44,575 bases of DNA, taken from assembly GCA_964016885.1 (NCBI GenBank), contig CAXHJY010000098.1:1-44575 (forward strand), read 5' to 3'. The position numbers and the translations under genes were made by a program. This DNA is from Eledone cirrhosa (Eukaryota). Numbering within the stretch: the first letter of the stretch is position 1; each line of letters starts with the position of its first letter. This document shows, piece by piece, positions 1 to 14,858 of the stretch. Under the pieces are notes generated by a model. The model was not told the DNA's origin. It made no database searches and saw nothing but the letters and a program-made list of their open reading frames with translations.

Positions 1-63
1 CAAATTTATAAATTTCTGGTTGGTTGGTTGGTTCCACAACCAGATAGTTGTTTATATATATAT

Positions 64-108
64 AGTCATAGTTCTTTTGTCACACACTCTGTGACCTCTT
101 CAGTGACT
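64..108 (-). ncRNA. Minimal type I hammerhead ribozyme motif with G12A core change
   Basis: Minus strand reads AGTCA-CTGAAGA-G-GTCACA gagtg TGTGAC-AAAA-gaac-TA-TGACT: 5-bp stem I, 6-bp stem II, GAAA replaced by AAAA. Confidence 0.75.
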
Positions 109-409
109 GGGGATTTCTTTCTTCGTTTCTGTGCCTTTCCTTTCTTCTATCCTACGCCATTTTGTTTGTGTGTGGGTTGCGTGCTCAGTTTGCGCATGCG
201 CCACATCCGGGTGTCTGTGTGTGTTTGTGTTCATTTTTCTATTTTTCTATTTATATTTGTTTGTTTATTTATTTATTTATTTATTGTTGGTTGGTTGTTT
301 GTTCTATGTGTGTGTGTGTTTTCATTTTGTCTTGTGTGTGTTTTCATTTTGTGTGTGTTTTCAATTGTAAGTTGTTTGTTCTATGTGTGTGTGTATTTTC
401 ATTTTGTCT

Positions 410-697
410 TTAATTGTAAGTTGTGATGTTGCTGTTCCACTCATATTTTCTATTTAATTTTGGTTTTAATTCTTTTATGCTTACTGCCTCTGTAATTTGC
501 CTAAACATTGCGTCTTTCTTGTGTGTGGATTCTATTTTTATTTCTATGCTCTCTAATTTACCCCTGTGTTCTATCTTAGCATGTTGGTAGAGCACAGATG
601 ATTCTTTACTATCTTGAAGGTCTCGCCAGTGTTCATTTATTCGTTCCCCTATACTACGAGCTGTCTCACCTATGTACACTATATTTTTGTTTCTACA
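410..697 (-). pseudogene. 5'-truncated GIY-YIG endonuclease remnant of a PLE ORF
   Basis: CRNKNIVYIGETARSIGERINEHW...SVLYQHA...RQITEA...KPKLNRKYEW aligns with YIGETARSIGERIDQHW...SVLYEHA...RQIREA...RPKLNRKNEW of family A. Confidence 0.9.
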
Positions 698-835
698 AAA
701 AAATAGAAACATTTAGATATAATTAGTAATAAAATGTATCATACCTAAACTGTTCCTAAATTCCTCGACTACGTAGTTTCGTGGCATAAACAAAAACAAG
801 ACGCGACGCGTTCTTGAGACTAGTAAAATGAGGTA

Positions 836-923
836 TCCTCTTGATAAGTCGGCAGACCTCGCAAGGACTCTATATCTTTGATATATTGTTTTTGTTTATG
901 CCACGAAACTACGTAGTCGAGGA
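836..923 (+). ncRNA. Hammerhead ribozyme, U3-A8 core variant, extended stem II
   Basis: TCCTC-TTGATAA-GTcGGCA...TGCCAC-GAAA-CTACGTAG-TC-GAGGA: stem I TCCTC/GAGGA, palindromic ACTACGTAGT, GUC triplet. Confidence 0.75.
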
Positions 924-1426
924 ATTTAGGAACAGTTTAGGTATGATACATTTTATTACTAATTATATCTAAATGTTTCTTCTCTCTTCATAATGTATTT
1001 TTAACTCTGATACTGGTTCAGTCTGGTTAAAACTGAATTGGTCTGTCCCCGTCATTCATTGAGCAACATCGGTGAAGTTGGCACCCTTAACTCACAGTTG
1101 GGTGCGGATGCATTCATGTATATATGTGTGTGTCCGCATGTATCTGTGTGTTTCTAAATATATTAATAACTCCCTCTGGTCGAGCAATCTTTGAAGTGTG
1201 GGGACAACTGGAAAGCTTCCATTACTCATACTTCTCGCCTTCTTCACTACCTCTTCTACGGCCTCGATATGAATACCCCCTCCGCCTCCGTGGTATTTTC
1301 TTCGTGGTTATAAGAGGCTTAGCTCTGTTTCTCGACCGTTATATCGCGTGACTATCTCCCCCTCCGCCTTTTGGGATTCTTTCTCACGTCGTGTAGACGC
1401 GTTCTTGAGACTAGTAAAATGAGGTA

Positions 1427-1514
1427 TCCTCTTGATAAGTCGGCAGACCTCGCAAGGATTCTATATCTTTGATATATTGTTTTTGTTTATGCCACGAAAC
1501 TACGTAGTCAAGGA
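1427..1514 (+). ncRNA. Second copy of the U3-A8 hammerhead, with a mismatch at the first stem I pair
   Basis: Same as 836-923 except AAGGA instead of GAGGA after the GTC site and one substitution inside stem II. Confidence 0.7.
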
Positions 1515-1777
1515 ATTTAGGAACAGTTTAGGTATGATAGATTTTATTACTAATTATATCTAAATGTTTCTTCTCTCTTCATAATGTATTTTTAACTCTG
1601 ATACTGGTTCAGTCTGGTTAAAACTGAATTGGTCTGTCCCCGTCATTCATTGAGCAACATCGGTGAAGTTGGCACCCTTAACTCACAGTTGGGTGCGGAT
1701 GCATTCATGTATATATGTGTGTGTCCGCATGTATCTGTGTGTTTCTAAATATATTATATATATAAATATATATATTT

Positions 1778-1846
<69 letters not shown>

Positions 1847-1879
1847 AATATATATATATATAAATATATATATATATAA

Positions 1880-2090
<211 letters not shown>

Positions 2091-2163
2091 ATATATATAT
2101 ATAAATATATATATATAGATATATATATAAATATATATAAATATATATATATAAATATATATA

Positions 2164-2195
<32 letters not shown>

Positions 2196-2265
2196 AATAT
2201 ATATAAATATATATATACATAAATATATATAAATATATATATACATAAATATATATATATATATA

Positions 2266-2341
<76 letters not shown>

Positions 2342-2351
2342 AATATATATA

Positions 2352-2383
<32 letters not shown>

Positions 2384-2461
2384 AATATATATAAATATAT
2401 ATATACATAAATATATATATATATATAAATATATATATACATAAATATATATATATATATA

Positions 2462-2657
<196 letters not shown>

Positions 2658-2658
2658 A

Positions 2659-2905
<247 letters not shown>

Positions 2906-2906
2906 A

Positions 2907-3175
<269 letters not shown>

Positions 3176-3189
3176 AATATATATATATC

Positions 3190-3297
<108 letters not shown>

Positions 3298-3330
3298 AAT
3301 ATATATATATATAAATATATATATATATAA

Positions 3331-3541
<211 letters not shown>

Positions 3542-3604
3542 ATATATATATATAAATATATATATATAGATATATATATAAATATATATAAATATATATA
3601 TATA

Positions 3605-3644
<40 letters not shown>

Positions 3645-3654
3645 AATATATATA

Positions 3655-3686
<32 letters not shown>

Positions 3687-3756
3687 AATATATATAAATA
3701 TATATATACATAAATATATATAAATATATATATACATAAATATATATATATATATA

Positions 3757-3836
<80 letters not shown>

Positions 3837-3846
3837 AATATATATA

Positions 3847-3878
<32 letters not shown>

Positions 3879-3956
3879 AATATATATAAATATATATATA
3901 CATAAATATATATATATATATAAATATATATATACATAAATATATATATATATATA

Positions 3957-4120
<164 letters not shown>

Positions 4121-4121
4121 A

Positions 4122-4332
<211 letters not shown>

Positions 4333-4333
4333 A

Positions 4334-4650
<317 letters not shown>

Positions 4651-4664
4651 AATATATATATATC

Positions 4665-4738
<74 letters not shown>

Positions 4739-4774
4739 AAAATATATATATATATATATAAATATATATATATC

Positions 4775-4930
<156 letters not shown>

Positions 4931-4938
4931 TATATATA

Positions 4939-4970
<32 letters not shown>

Positions 4971-4980
4971 AATATATATA

Positions 4981-5012
<32 letters not shown>

Positions 5013-5022
5013 AATATATATA

Positions 5023-5054
<32 letters not shown>

Positions 5055-5064
5055 AATATATATA

Positions 5065-5096
<32 letters not shown>

Positions 5097-5106
5097 AATA
5101 TATATA

Positions 5107-5138
<32 letters not shown>

Positions 5139-5247
5139 AATATATATAAATATATATATATAAATATATATATATATAAATATATATAAATATATATATA
5201 TAAATATATATATATATACATAAATATATATATATATATAAATATAT

Positions 5248-5286
<39 letters not shown>

Positions 5287-5569
5287 AATATATCTATATA
5301 TAGCGGCGATGAATTAGTTTTGCGAGGTTTTTTATATGAAATCGTGTGTCGAAACAGATATTGTTATATTTGGGGAGGGTCATATTTGCGTAATATTGCC
5401 AGAATTAATAACAGAACACACTCACTGTTTGGTTGGTTTTCGCTTCTCGCTGTCTTTTATATATATATATCTGCGATCTAGCTTACTCGGTCCTCAATGT
5501 TGCCATTGACTGACCGGCGGTCAAAAATAACTCAGATACAATATAGACAAACACATATATATATAGTTT

Positions 5570-5611
5570 ACATAAATCTTTCGTTGCACATCTGCAACAT
5601 CGTCAGTGGTG
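5570..5611 (-). ncRNA. Family A hammerhead motif (inverted pLTR copy)
   Basis: Reverse complement of 8155-8196. Confidence 0.6.
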
Positions 5612-6106
5612 TTATATTCATTGTTCCTCCTGTTGTGTTGTATGTCTACGCCATTTTTTTTGTTCAGTCTGTCTATATATTTATTTATTTATTTGCTTGT
5701 TTGTTTATCTTATTTTATTTTGTCTTCTTTGCGCATGCGTTTGCGTGTGTGTATAGTGTTATGTGTGATGTGTGATGTGTGACTAGTGTGTATAGTGTTG
5801 TCTGCTGGGTGACTAGTGTGTGTTTATGTGCTTGTGTATGTATTTATTTATCTTATTTTATTTAATTTAATTTAATTTACTTATTTATTTATACTTCTCT
5901 TAGGTCAGTGTTGTTTGTTTGGGTGTTGTTGTTGTTCCACTCATTCTTTCTGTTTAGCTTTGGTCTTCTAATTTCTATTTCACTGGCCTCTCTGATTTGC
6001 CTATCTGCTGGGTCATTCCTATGTTTAGATATTATTCTAATTTCTATGTTGTCTATGTTACCGTCATGATGTTGTCTAGCATGTTCGTATAGTACTGACC
6101 CGTTTT

Positions 6107-7876
6107 TTGTCCCCAGATGTATGTGAAAGTACAGAGGACCTCCTCAGCAGAATCAGTGAGTGCAACAAAAACAGGAGCCTATCCAACTGCATAATAGGCA
6201 GCATGGATGTGGTGTCACTGTACCCATCCATTAACATTGATTTTGCTGTGAAAAGATGTGTGGAGATGATCATTGAGAGTGAGGTGGAGTTCTGCGACGT
6301 CGACACAGACGAACTGGGCCTCCTACTTAGACTTACCTACGACACTGACTACCTAGACAGCCATGACCTTAGATGTTTCTGCCCTAGTAGACCTATAAGA
6401 GGTAGACCCCCCACCATAACCTCAATGGCTAAAAAGACTCCCATAGGAAGGTGGATTGGGTGGACCAAAGCTATACGGACCCCCCAAAACACTGATCAGG
6501 TAAGAAAAATGGTCGCACATGCAATAGGGGCTAGTATCAAAACTACCCTAAAGGGCCACATATTTAAGTTCAATGAGAAAATCTACACCCAAAATGAGGG
6601 AGCAGCCATCGGCGTCAGCATAGCTGGCGATGTTGCCAACCTTTTCATGGTATGGTGGGAAAGGAGACTTAAAGATCTCCTTAATGAAAGCTCCATAGAC
6701 CTCATCATGTACTCTCGTTATGTAGACGATATCAATATAGTTATAAGAACACCCCCACTAGACAGCACTAACAAGTTTGATTTAGAACGTAGCACGATGG
6801 AAAGCATCCAGCAGATAGCTAATTCCATACACCAGAGTATAACTGTAACTATAGACTTCCCTTCCAAACACCCTAACAATAGACTACCTGTATTAGACAC
6901 AGAACTCTGGATTAACACTATAGACGAGAGAGCCCAAATTCTCCACTCACACTATGCTAAACCCATGGCCTCCAAATACCTGATACTCAAAAACTCAGCA
7001 ATGTCCAGTAGTGCTAAGTTTAATATTCTGATCGCAGATTTGGTACGAGTGATGAAGAATGTGTCCAGCATGTGCGACCCAACAGAAATGGAAGGACACA
7101 TCCAACACTTCATCAACCGCATGCAGTTCTCTGGCTACAACCAAAGAGACAGAGTCAGAGTATACGAAGGAGCCATGGAAAAGTATAAGACCCTCATAGA
7201 ACTGGACATGAAAGGAATTTGCCCACTATACAGGAGCAAATCATGGAATAGCTTAGATAGGGCTAGACATAAGATAGGGAAGGCCACATCATGGTACGAC
7301 AACCAGAGATATCAGAGTGTCATGTTTGTGGACGCCATCCCTGGAGGGAAATTAGCTAACCAGTGTAGAAAGGCCCTGAGAAAGACCCACTTAAAAATAA
7401 AGGTGGTAGAAAAGCCAGGAACCACCATAAAATCCCTGATCAGCAAAACCTACCCTTTTAAGAAAACCCACTGTACCAATAGGAAATGTATCATATGTAA
7501 GGTGAACCCCCGGATAAACTGTAAAACTAGAAACGTAGTCTATAGCATAAGATGTACAGAGGGTACTTGCAGAAACACGACAACAACATACATAGGTGAG
7601 ACAGCTCGTAGCATAGGTGAAAGGATAGACCAACACTGGGGGGAACTAAAAGGACGAAAAAACGGGTCAGTACTATACGAACATGCTAGACAACATCATG
7701 ACGGTAACATAGACAACATAGAAATTAGAATAATATCTAAACATAGGAATGACCCAGCAGATAGGCAAATCAGAGAGGCCAGTGAAATAGAAATTAGAAG
7801 ACCAAAGCTAAACAGAAAGAATGAGTGGAACAACAACAACACCCAAACAAACAACACTGACCTAAGAGAAGTATAA
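6107..7876 (+). CDS. PLE polyprotein (RT core, thumb, Cys linker, GIY-YIG endonuclease); open frame but N-terminally truncated
   Basis: RT motifs SMDVVSLYPSI, QNEGAAIGVSIAGDVANLFM, SRYVDD, LPVLDTELW; CxxxxCxxC linker; NVVYSIRC...YIGETAR...ERIDQH. The listed TTG start lies at the inversion junction. Confidence 0.92.
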   Translation: MSPDVCESTEDLLSRISECNKNRSLSNCIIGSMDVVSLYPSINIDFAVKRCVEMIIESEVEFCDVDTDELGLLLRLTYDTDYLDSHDLRCFCPSRPIRGRPPTITSMAKKTPIGRWIGWTKAIRTPQNTDQVRKMVAHAIGASIKTTLKGHIFKFNEKIYTQNEGAAIGVSIAGDVANLFMVWWERRLKDLLNESSIDLIMYSRYVDDINIVIRTPPLDSTNKFDLERSTMESIQQIANSIHQSITVTIDFPSKHPNNRLPVLDTELWINTIDERAQILHSHYAKPMASKYLILKNSAMSSSAKFNILIADLVRVMKNVSSMCDPTEMEGHIQHFINRMQFSGYNQRDRVRVYEGAMEKYKTLIELDMKGICPLYRSKSWNSLDRARHKIGKATSWYDNQRYQSVMFVDAIPGGKLANQCRKALRKTHLKIKVVEKPGTTIKSLISKTYPFKKTHCTNRKCIICKVNPRINCKTRNVVYSIRCTEGTCRNTTTTYIGETARSIGERIDQHWGELKGRKNGSVLYEHARQHHDGNIDNIEIRIISKHRNDPADRQIREASEIEIRRPKLNRKNEWNNNNTQTNNTDLREV

Positions 7877-8154
7877 ATAAATAAGTAAATTAAATTAAAT
7901 TAAATAAAATAAGATAAATAAATACATACACAAGCACATAAACACACACTAGTCACCCAGCAGACAACACTATACACACTAGTCACACATCACACATCAC
8001 ACATAACACTATACACACACGCAAACGCATGCGCAAAGAAGACAAAATAAAATAAAATAAACAAACAAGCAAATAAATAAATAAATATATAGACAGACTG
8101 AACAAAAAAAAATGGCGTAGACATACAACACAACAGGAGGAACAATGAATATAA

Positions 8155-8196
8155 CACCACTGACGATGTTGCAGATGTGCAACGAAAGATTTATGT
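8155..8196 (+). ncRNA. Family A hammerhead motif with weak stem I
   Basis: CTGACGA-t-GTTGCA gatg TGCAAC-GAAA-gatt-TA-tg: intact core boxes and 6-bp stem II, same UTR position as the a0 motif, but only ~2 bp of stem I. Confidence 0.6.
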
Positions 8197-8410
8197 AAAC
8201 TATATATATATGTGTTTGTCTATATTGTATCTGTATTATTTTTGACCGCCGGTCAGTCAATGGCAACATTGAGGACCGAGTAAGCTAGATCGCAGATATA
8301 TATATATAAAAGACAGCGAGAAGCGAAAACCAACCAAACAGTGAGTGTGTTCTGTTATTAATTCTGGCAATATTACGCAAATATGACCCTCCCCAAATAT
8401 AACAATATCT

Positions 8411-9368
<958 letters not shown>

Positions 9369-9572
9369 ATATTTGGGGAGGGTCATATTTGCGTAATATT
9401 GCCAGAATTAATAACAGAACACACTCACTGTTTGGTTGGTTTTCGCTTCTCGCTGTCTTTTATATATATATATCTGCGATCTAACTTACTCGGTCCTCAA
9501 TGTTGCCATTGACTGACCGGCGGTCAAAAATAATACAGATACAATATAGACACAAACACATATATATAGTTT

Positions 9573-9614
9573 ACATAAATCTTTCGTTGCACATCTGCAA
9601 CATCGTCAGTGGTG
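9573..9614 (-). ncRNA. Family A hammerhead motif (third copy)
   Basis: Reverse complement of 8155-8196. Confidence 0.6.
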
Positions 9615-9878
9615 TTATATTCATTGTTCCTCCTGTTGTGTTGTATGTCTACGCCATTTTTTTTTGTTCAGTCTGTCTATATATTTATTTATTTATTTGC
9701 TTGTTTGTTTATCTTATTTTATTTTGTCTTCTTTGCGCATGCGTTTGCGTGTGTGTATAGTGTTATGTGTGATGTGTGACTAGTGTGTATAGTGTTGTGT
9801 CTGCTGGGTGACTAGTGTGTGTTTATGTGCTTGTGTATGTATTTATTTATCTTATTTTATTTAATTTTATTTACTTAT

Positions 9879-11107
9879 TTATACTTCTCTTAGGTCAGTG
9901 TTGTTTGTTTGGGTGTTGTTGTTGTTCCACTCATTCTTTCTGTTTAGCTTTGGTCTTCTAATTTCTATTTCACTGGCCTCTCTGATTTGCCTATCTGCTG
10001 GGTCATTCCTATGTTTAGATATTATTCTAATTTCTATGTTGTCTATGTTACCGTCATGTTGTTGTCTAGCATGTTCGTATAGTACTGACCCGTTTTTTCG
10101 TCCTTTTAGTTCCCCCCAGTGTTGGTCTATCCTTTCACCCATGCTACGAGCTGTCTCACCTATGTATGTTGTTGTCGTGTTTCTGCAAGTACCCTCTGTA
10201 CATCTTATGCTATAGACTACGTTTCTAGTTTTACAGTTTATCCGGGGGTTCACCTTACATATGATACATTTCCTATTGGTACAGTGGGTTTTCTTAAAAG
10301 GGTAGGTTTTGCTGATCAGGGATTTTATGGTGGTTCCTGGCTTTTCTACCACCTTTATTTTTAAGTGGGTCTTTCTCGGGGCCTTTCTACACTGGTTAGC
10401 TAATTTCCCTCCAGGGGTAGCGTCCACAAACATGACACTCTAGTATCTCTGGTTGTCGTACCATGAGGTGGCTTTCCCTATCTTATGTCTAGCCCTATCT
10501 AAGCTATTCCATGATTTGCTCCTGTATAATGGGCAAATTCCTTTCATGTCCAGTTCTATGAGGGTCTTATACTTTTCCATGTCTCCTTCGTATACTCTGA
10601 CTCTGTCTCTTTGGTTGTAGCCAGAGAACTGCATGCGGTTGATGAAGTGTTGGATGTGTCCTTCCATTTCTCTTGGGTCGCACATGCTGGACACATTCTT
10701 CATCACTCGTACCAAATCTGCGATCAGAATATTAAACTTAGCACTACGGGACATTGCTGAGTTTTTGAGTATCAGGTATTTGGAGGCCATGGGTTTAGCA
10801 TAGTGTGAGTGGAGAATTTGGGCTCTCTCGTCTATAGTGTTAATCCAGAGTTCTGTGTCTAATACAGGTAGTCTATTGTTAGGGTGTTTGGAAGGGAAGT
10901 CGATAGTTACAGTTATACTCTGGTGTATGGAATTAGCTATCTGCTGGATGCTTTCCATCGTGCTACGTTCTAAATCAAACTTGTTAGTGCTCTCTAGTGG
11001 GGGTGTCTTATAACTATATTGATATCGTCTACATAACGAGAGTACATGATGAGGTCTACGGAGCTCTCATTAAGGAGGTCTTTAAGTCTCCTTTACCACC
11101 ATACCAT
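9879..11107 (-). pseudogene. Disrupted family A RT-GIY-YIG ORF
   Basis: Relative to 6107..7876: CAG>TAG at 10440, 1-nt deletion near 11007, GAA>TAA near 11093. Confidence 0.88.
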
Positions 11108-11134
11108 ACCATATTTATATATATATATATATAT

Positions 11135-11201
<67 letters not shown>

Positions 11202-11357
11202 AATATATATATATATATGTACATGTAAAGTTATATTTTAAATTGTTGGGTTACAACTAGTAAATATTTATAACTGATATAAAAGCACTCGACAAATATT
11301 TGGAGTATATTTACAATATTAAATAAATGGAAAACTATATTTATAAAACCATATTTA

Positions 11358-11419
11358 TTTCATTATATATATTTCGGGGATATCATATTAACAATATGCT
11401 ATGCCTTCATCAGACAAAA
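11358..11419 (-). ncRNA. Family B hammerhead motif
   Basis: Reverse complement of 17512-17573. Confidence 0.7.
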
Positions 11420-12879
11420 AAAAATACAATATAAACAGTTTTATAGATAAATAGATTCGACATACCGTAATAAACACCGACTTCATTTGAAGAGGTTTAC
11501 GCTAGCAGTGAAAAATTTTATACAGAGAGACAGAAAGAGAGAAAAAAAGAGAGAAAAAAGAAAGAAAGACAAAACGAAGAAAAGGAAGAAAAAGAAGAAA
11601 AAGAAAAAGAAAAGAAAAAGAAAAGAAAAAGAAGAGATGCATGGAACAAAATAGATAGATGGAAAGATAGATAAAGCGAAGAGCTTCATGTAAAGAAACA
11701 GAAAGATATATATATATATATAGAGAGAGGAAATAGAGATAGATACATATATATATAGAAAATTAGGTAGTGGGAGGTCATTTTGAGTAAGTGTATCAAT
11801 GATACATTTATTTATTTATTTATTTATTTAGCTCAAGTATTAATGTAAGGGAGATATATATAGAGAAAAAATATAGAGAGAGGGAAAAAAATAGCGAGAG
11901 AAAAAAAAAATAGCGAGAGAAAAAAATTTAAAGATAGCCAGACATATTCGAGGTGTAAAAACCCTATGTTTTAATATATTAGTATTTATAAAACTTACAC
12001 TATATTGTAAATATCAGTATTCCTGAATGAAACAAGTATCCATAATGTGTGAAAATTAATTATCTTATGTTTAGTTTAGAAAAAAAAAAAAAAAAAAAAA
12101 TTCATATGTTTATGTGACAGCTACAAACATCACTCTGCAAACTCTAAATCACCGGAAAACATTCTCAATGTGGTATAAAAATTTGAGCGTATTATTATTC
12201 ATGTCATTACTCTACAAGATTATCTATCAAGCAGAAATAGAGAGCAGATTTCAATATACTAATAAAAATATATATTATATTATAAACAAAACTAAAAATA
12301 TAAAGATAACAATAATAATAATAAGTAAAAATATTACGAAAGAATATTACATAGTAAAAATATTACATATTAAAAATACTACGTATTAAAAAATATTACG
12401 TATTAAAAATTTACATATTAAAGATATTAAAAATTTTTAAATAAAATAAAAATAAAAAATAAAAAAATATTATAGAATACTACAATATTAAAAAATAAAA
12501 ATTAAAATAAAAATAAACCACAAAGAACAACCCTTCAAAGTTAATTGACAATATATTGCCAAGTTCATTACAAGACAAAGCCAAAAATTATCTATCAAGT
12601 CACATCTAGCAAAGAACATTTCAAAAAGATTATGATGTCCAATTAGATCTACATATGTTTTTATATTTAATATAGAAGTTTATCTATTGTAAGGTTAATT
12701 CAAAAAATTTGGAGCATCAGCTTTTAGGGTAGCTTAATTTTTCATGAGGAATGTTTAGATAAAAATAAAATAAAAATAAAAATAAACAATAAAAAGAGTA
12801 AAAAGAGGGAATCAAAGATTTTAGGAATCAAAAAATGTATCGGCTAGTTCCCATATAAATATAAATCAAACTAAATATA

Positions 12880-14858
12880 CTACATTTTAAATTTAAATTT
12901 AAACGTTGAGTTTAATCTATGTTTGCAACAACTGAATAAATTTGTCCGTAGGTTAAGGGAATTTTTAGATTTTAGTATAAAGAATATCTCCTCTGCGCAG
13001 AGGTCACATGTCTCGGAGGATGAATTAAAAGGAATTCCTCTTGAGACTATATTCCAAGCCGTCGAATATCTAACGTTATCTAGCTTAAGTTGCCAGAGTA
13101 CGCCTGATAGTGCCGTTGAAGATTTTTTACTTGGATCTGTGAAAGAATTCTTGTGGTTATTATAGCGAAGTTTAAATTCCGTCGATGTGGAACCGACGTA
13201 GTTAAAAGAATTAGAGTCAGTATTAACATTACAATTGTATACTATATTTTTAACTAAGCAGTTGTTATTTAACGGACATTTAGATCTATCTCTACAGTTA
13301 CATTTGTTAACTTGTATATTATTTATGCTATTATCAGTAGGTTTTAAGTTCCTATTATTTATTCTATTAATATTTTGTGCTAAATTTTTGGTGGATGAGT
13401 AGGTTAATTTAATTGTATGCCTATTGAAGATTGAGTGATACCTATGTGTTCTAGGGAAGCGATTATCAAGAGCTTTGAAAAATAATTTAGCGATGTGGGT
13501 TTTAATGTTTAGTGAGAAAGGGGGGCAAACCAAATTATGTTCCTAGTTCTATTTCTTTTTTGTCCTTTGGAATTATTGTAATGCTTTCTATTATAGTTGT
13601 TAATGTTGTTGCCGTAATTAAAAAAGTTGTTACTTTGTTTAGTTTGTCTATCATTATCTATGTATACAATCTTATCAGCATATCCTGCCCTAGCTAGTGC
13701 ATCATTATAGTACTGGGCCTTTTCGTCAAAAATCTTTCTATTCGACGAGATCCTAGAGATACGTTTTTGGACTGAGTTTACTATAGTGTTTTTGACAGAT
13801 CTGGGGTGGTTAGAGTTAAAGTTGACATAGTTTAAGTTTTCATTCAACTTGTGAAAAGGATAGTGGAGACATGTGTTGAGATTTAATGTTATATCTAGGA
13901 AATTGACTATTCTATGGTTGTTCTCAATTTCTATTTTAAGGTTAAAGTAATTAAAAAATTTTGTAATTTGTTTACATTTTCTATTTAGTTCAGGGTTATT
14001 ATTATTAATAAGTAAAAGCATGTCATCCATATATAAACCTCCGGTAGTACCAGGTATTTTCCTATGTAGCGAATTGATTAAAAATAAGCCCACAAGGTCA
14101 GTTACCTGAGCTGAGTCGGAAGATCCCATAGTTACGTCAAAATTGCTATCTCTATCTGCTCTGGTCCATAATTTGTCATTAAATTCTATCAAAGTTTTCC
14201 TAGCCGATAATATAATATGCATTTCTTTGCTAGTTAGGTCAGTATGTTTGAATGCGTAATTTAGTGCCTTATTTAGTAGACTAGGGGTAATAGAAGAATA
14301 ATAGTTAGCTATATCAAGTTGAATAAACCTATTATTATTGTTATATTTAATTTGCCTAAACCACTCAACAACCTCTCCAGTTCCCTTCCACAAGCTCAGG
14401 TTAGATACACAATCCAAGTTCTTAATTTGCTGTATCACCCTGTCAAGAATGTTTTTGCTTAATTTGCCCAGGTCTGATTTTGAAGGTGCGATCAATCTAA
14501 CTGGCAGGTCATTTTCAAAATTCCTCTTGTGGTCCTTCATATTGATCTTCGGTTTCCTGGGCACGAAAGGTTGTGTTCTGTTCTCAATTTCCAACTCGTG
14601 CATTATACAAGATGCTTCGACATTCATTTTCTCAAGTTCGGCCTTATCAGCTACCTTGTACTTTTTCCTCAGCTCTTTCAGTATGAGGCCATTATACATG
14701 TCTTTCCGCACTCCATAGAGGTTGTTGGTCTTGTCAGATTTCACCAAGATCTTCTCAGTTTTCTCTAAGCTCTCAATGTTATCCTTAATGCCTTTCAGAT
14801 ATTCCTGGCCTTTAAAGTTTCTCTTGAATTTGACCCCTTGTATGATAGAAATTATATC
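12880..14858 (-). pseudogene. Family B RT-GIY-YIG ORF, frameshifted
   Basis: LDIANYYSSI, VTMGSSDSAQVTDLVG, GLYMDD (YRDD in the other copies), VNFLDITL; CNCRDRSKCPL...NIVY...YVGST...RYNNH. G6 instead of G7 at ~13520 shifts the frame. Confidence 0.9.

Larger units (their letters stand above)
1..697 (-). mobile_element. 3' fragment of a Penelope-like element related to family A (a0), running off the left edge
   Basis: GIY-YIG C-terminus homologous to the 6107..7876 ORF, followed by a simple-repeat 3' UTR and a hammerhead motif in the same order as in family A. Confidence 0.85.
705..1752 (+). mobile_element. Non-coding HHR-bearing element E: 591-nt tandem monomer (1162-1752) preceded by a partial copy (806-1161) and an inverted 95-bp piece (705-799)
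   Basis: 806-1161 repeats 1397-1752 (period 591). 705-799 is the reverse complement of 886-980. No credible ORF. Ends in (TA)n. Confidence 0.75.
5303..8410 (+). mobile_element. PLE family A insertion: 5'-truncated body (6109-8410) with an inverted pseudo-LTR (5303-6108)
   Basis: 5356-6108 is the reverse complement of 7657-8410. Both ends abut (TA)n. RT-GIY-YIG ORF in the body. Confidence 0.93.
9361..11107 (-). mobile_element. PLE family A second copy, 5'-truncated inside RT
   Basis: Near-identical reverse complement of ~6646-8408. Confidence 0.93.

Noticed and set aside
1005-1115. Hairpins ACTGGTTCAGT/ACTGAATTGGT and GCACCC/GGGTGC considered as SECIS elements
   Set aside because: No in-register UGAN/NGAN quartet, and no in-frame TGA in any PLE ORF here (internal stops are TAG or TAA).
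1124-1351. 75-aa ORF in element E
   Set aside because: Crosses the monomer junction and has no recognisable motif; reverse frames are also interrupted.
5497-5775. Repeated small ORFs (MLPLTDRR.., MTATNITL.., MFVCKQTE.., MIVCIILY..)
   Set aside because: Antisense or UTR frames that recur only because the repeats recur; lengths vary with indels.
6107-7876. Telomerase, group II intron or retron RT
   Set aside because: C-terminal GIY-YIG, pseudo-LTR inversions and HHRs identify PLEs. Exact clade needs a phylogeny.
14020-14040. YMDD read as a retrovirus-like RT motif
   Set aside because: Single AGG>ATG change in copy B1. B2, B3 and family C all have YRDD.
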